Shown: one piece after another, positions 61,627 through 64,000 of the stretch
Layout: each line of letters begins with the position of its first letter
How positions within the stretch are numbered: position 1 is the first letter of the stretch
From: Pseudovirgaria hyperparasitica
Taxonomy: Eukaryota
DNA length: 64,000 bases
Direction: 5' to 3' (one strand)
Assembly: GCA_010093815.1 (NCBI GenBank)
Contig: ML996566.1
The notes under the pieces: generated by a model
Told to the model about the DNA's origin: nothing
The model's database searches: none
The model's input: only the letters and a program-made list of their open reading frames with translations
Made by a program: the position numbers and the translations under genes

Positions 61627-64000
61627 ATGGATACCGCAAGGACCGATCAGCCGGCCAAGGATGAAGTCCTGCTGAAGCCCGAAGACGATCAGAGTAGTGC
61701 CGCCACCGCTCAAAATACCACTGCCGACCCCAACAACCCTTCGCCAAACGCCGACGACCACAAGCCCGCCAAGAAGTCGCCCTCTCAAAAAAAGAAAAAG
61801 ACCTCCAAGTGCAAAAAGTACGTCTCCGTCAAGTCAAAGAAGGCTGCTCGCCGGAAGGCAAAGGCCAAGCGCGATTCTTCAGACAGCAGCGACTCTTCCA
61901 GCGATTCTTCAGACGACTCGGATTCCGACGACGACGACGACGACGATGATGACGACAAGGATGCTGCTGGGACGTCCAGCTCCGAGGAGGAGGATCGGAA
62001 GAAACGCAAAGAGCGCAAGAAGAAGAAGGCTGCAAAGCGTGCCTTGAAGGCAAAGAAGCAGAAACGCCCCTCGAAGCGTCGTAATTCCTCCGACGACTCC
62101 TCCGACGACTCCTCAGACTCCTCCAGCTCAGACTCTGACAGTGATTCCTCCGACTCGGACTCGGACCTGGACGACAAGCGCTCGCGCAGGCGCAAGAAGA
62201 ACAAGAAGAACAACAAGCGCCGCCGCGCCTCTGAAACTGACGGCACCGCCACCGACGCCTCGCTTGACAGCCCCGACCCCGAAGAGCCAAATCCCTTTGC
62301 CGCCAGCATGGCTGCTCTCGAGGCGCAGTTCGCTGCCCAGATAAACGCTCTCAAGATCTCCATGCTGTCGCAGCAGGCTGCCAGCGGTACCGCCAAGAAA
62401 TCGCGAGATGCGCCTGCCGATTCGGGAAAGAGCAAGAAGCGGTCAAAGAAGCAGCACAAGAGTAGTAGTAGTAGTAGTGGTGGTAGTAGTGGCAAGAAAA
62501 AGGGCAAAAAGGGCAGCACGCTCGAGTTCAAGCGCGTCGACCAGCTCTGGGACACCACCATCCACAACTACAAGCTGACCGAGAGCGCCGAGGACCAGGT
62601 CGACGAGTTTGACGAGTACGTCTTCACGGTCCGGAGAAAGTTTGACTGGGAGAACAAGTACCGCAACACCGTCGTCGACATCAAGTCAAAGGTCCTGCGC
62701 GACGCCCTCAAGGAGATTATGAAGGAGGTCAAGAGCGTCTCCCTGGTCGAGGACGAGCCCTGCATCGACCCCAACATGCTCTTCCTCTACCTCGAAGAGA
62801 TGCGCGTCCATCGCAAGAAGACGCTCAAGCCGCGCCTCAAGAAGGAGAAGAAGAAGAAGCTCAAGCGCCGTCTCAAGATGCAGATTTCCCACCTCAAAGT
62901 CCTCGAGTCCTACCTCGACGAGGACTACGCCGACACCAAGAAGACGCTCTATCCCATGCTCGAGGCCGGCAACATCACCTTTGACCTGCTCTGGGCCCTC
63001 TTCAAGCCAAACACCATTGCCTTCTGCGCCACCTACGGCTCCAAGGACGATCCGCGATGCTTCAAGGTCGACTACGCCAACAAGGAGTCCTCCTTTCTCA
63101 AGGGCGAGTGGTACAGCATCGAGGGCCGCTATCTCGAGTATGACGGCAAGAATTTCGGGCACGGCGAGTTTGAGCAAACCGTCGAGTCGTTCAAGGGCCC
63201 GCGCAAAATCACCTCGCTGGCCGTCTATCCGCTCAGCTACCACAAAGACCCCGATGGGATGAAGAAGACGCTGGTCGAGCGCGGCCAGAAGTTTGTCACC
63301 CTCCAGGGCATGAACTACAAATTCCTCAACGGCCTCGGCTTCCAGAAGAAGAAGAAGACCGTTGCCAAGGTCAACATCAAGGGCCGCGTCATGATTGACC
63401 CGGCCATCTTCCGCCGCATCAACCCCAACTACCACATCTCCGTCGTGCGGAACCGTGCGGGTGATGATTTTTTGTCGGATGACGAGGATAATAGTGACTG
63501 CTCCGACTGCTGCTGTTCCGACTCGGACGACAACAACTCTGCCTCTGCCCCGGTCGCCCCTGAAGACGGCGGCGAGGGCCCGAGTCTGCCCACCGACGCC
63601 GACGAGGAGGTCGAGCGGTTCAAGTACACGGTCGTCAAGGACCGCGACCAGACCTATCGCGTCGTCCGCGTGCCCGTCGATGCAAACGGCCGCGCCCTGC
63701 AGGTCGAGCGTCTCGAGACGCTCGCCACGCCCTCGTCCTCGGACGGCACATCCCCCTCCGACCCCGTGCCCGACGAGACGCCCCCCTACACCCCGACCTC
63801 TTTCAGCCCCGAGGACCTCTTGATCGCATCGCCTGTCGTGCTCGGCTTCGCCTTTAGCGAGAAGCTCTGGCTCGAGCTCAGCCTCAACGGCATCAGCGAG
63901 ATCTCCTGGAATACCGAGGCCTTTTCCTCCCTCGTCCTGCCGCCCGCCCAGAAGTCGATTGTCAAGGGCATGGTCAGCTCCCACAAGTTCCACGCCGCCC
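61627..64000 (+). CDS. Fungal AAA+ ATPase (DUF7025-type N-terminal region); ATPase core lies beyond the right edge
   Basis: Open frame from ATG 61627 to the window end (absent from the ORF track because it has no stop). K/S/D-rich N-terminus, FKRVDQLWD, ITFDLLWALFKP, RVMIDP, SPVVLGFAFSEKLWLE, WNTEAFSSLVLP. Confidence 0.85.
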   Translation, partial: MDTARTDQPAKDEVLLKPEDDQSSAATAQNTTADPNNPSPNADDHKPAKKSPSQKKKKTSKCKKYVSVKSKKAARRKAKAKRDSSDSSDSSSDSSDDSDSDDDDDDDDDDKDAAGTSSSEEEDRKKRKERKKKKAAKRALKAKKQKRPSKRRNSSDDSSDDSSDSSSSDSDSDSSDSDSDLDDKRSRRRKKNKKNNKRRRASETDGTATDASLDSPDPEEPNPFAASMAALEAQFAAQINALKISMLSQQAASGTAKKSRDAPADSGKSKKRSKKQHKSSSSSSGGSSGKKKGKKGSTLEFKRVDQLWDTTIHNYKLTESAEDQVDEFDEYVFTVRRKFDWENKYRNTVVDIKSKVLRDALKEIMKEVKSVSLVEDEPCIDPNMLFLYLEEMRVHRKKTLKPRLKKEKKKKLKRRLKMQISHLKVLESYLDEDYADTKKTLYPMLEAGNITFDLLWALFKPNTIAFCATYGSKDDPRCFKVDYANKESSFLKGEWYSIEGRYLEYDGKNFGHGEFEQTVESFKGPRKITSLAVYPLSYHKDPDGMKKTLVERGQKFVTLQGMNYKFLNGLGFQKKKKTVAKVNIKGRVMIDPAIFRRINPNYHISVVRNRAGDDFLSDDEDNSDCSDCCCSDSDDNNSASAPVAPEDGGEGPSLPTDADEEVERFKYTVVKDRDQTYRVVRVPVDANGRALQVERLETLATPSSSDGTSPSDPVPDETPPYTPTSFSPEDLLIASPVVLGFAFSEKLWLELSLNGISEISWNTEAFSSLVLPPAQKSIVKGMVSSHKFHAA

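Noticed and set aside
62686..63993. 435-aa antisense ORF (also 42596-43375, 55985-56659, 56864-57601, 8655-9530)
   Set aside because: Shadow ORFs opposite GC3-rich real genes; no protein motifs.

Overview
Gene-dense, intron-containing genomic DNA of a filamentous ascomycete (Pezizomycotina; Eurotiomycetes, possibly Chaetothyriales, is my weak inference from gene style). About 26 protein genes, two truncated by the window ends, plus one relic Zn2Cys6 gene. I found no rRNA, tRNA, CRISPR or recognisable transposon. Most genes are housekeeping or conserved (IRC5/LSH helicase, GYP5, ASK1, an SDH1-type flavoprotein, MCH1, TMS1/SERINC, RRG7, MED21, cytosolic LeuRS, PTEN/TEP1). The standout is a contiguous five-gene catabolic cluster at 40.0-48.2 kb. 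It holds a GAR1-type uronate reductase, myo-inositol oxygenase, an IdnO/KduD-type SDR, an IdnD-type Zn-dependent dehydrogenase and a Gfo/Idh/MocA dehydrogenase, with two bidirectional promoters that share motifs. It reads as a myo-inositol -> D-glucuronate -> L-gulonate ... L-idonate -> 5-keto-D-gluconate -> D-gluconate module, and the fifth gene is a candidate for an unassigned step. Family calls come from remembered motifs, not database searches. Exon boundaries were inferred by eye.
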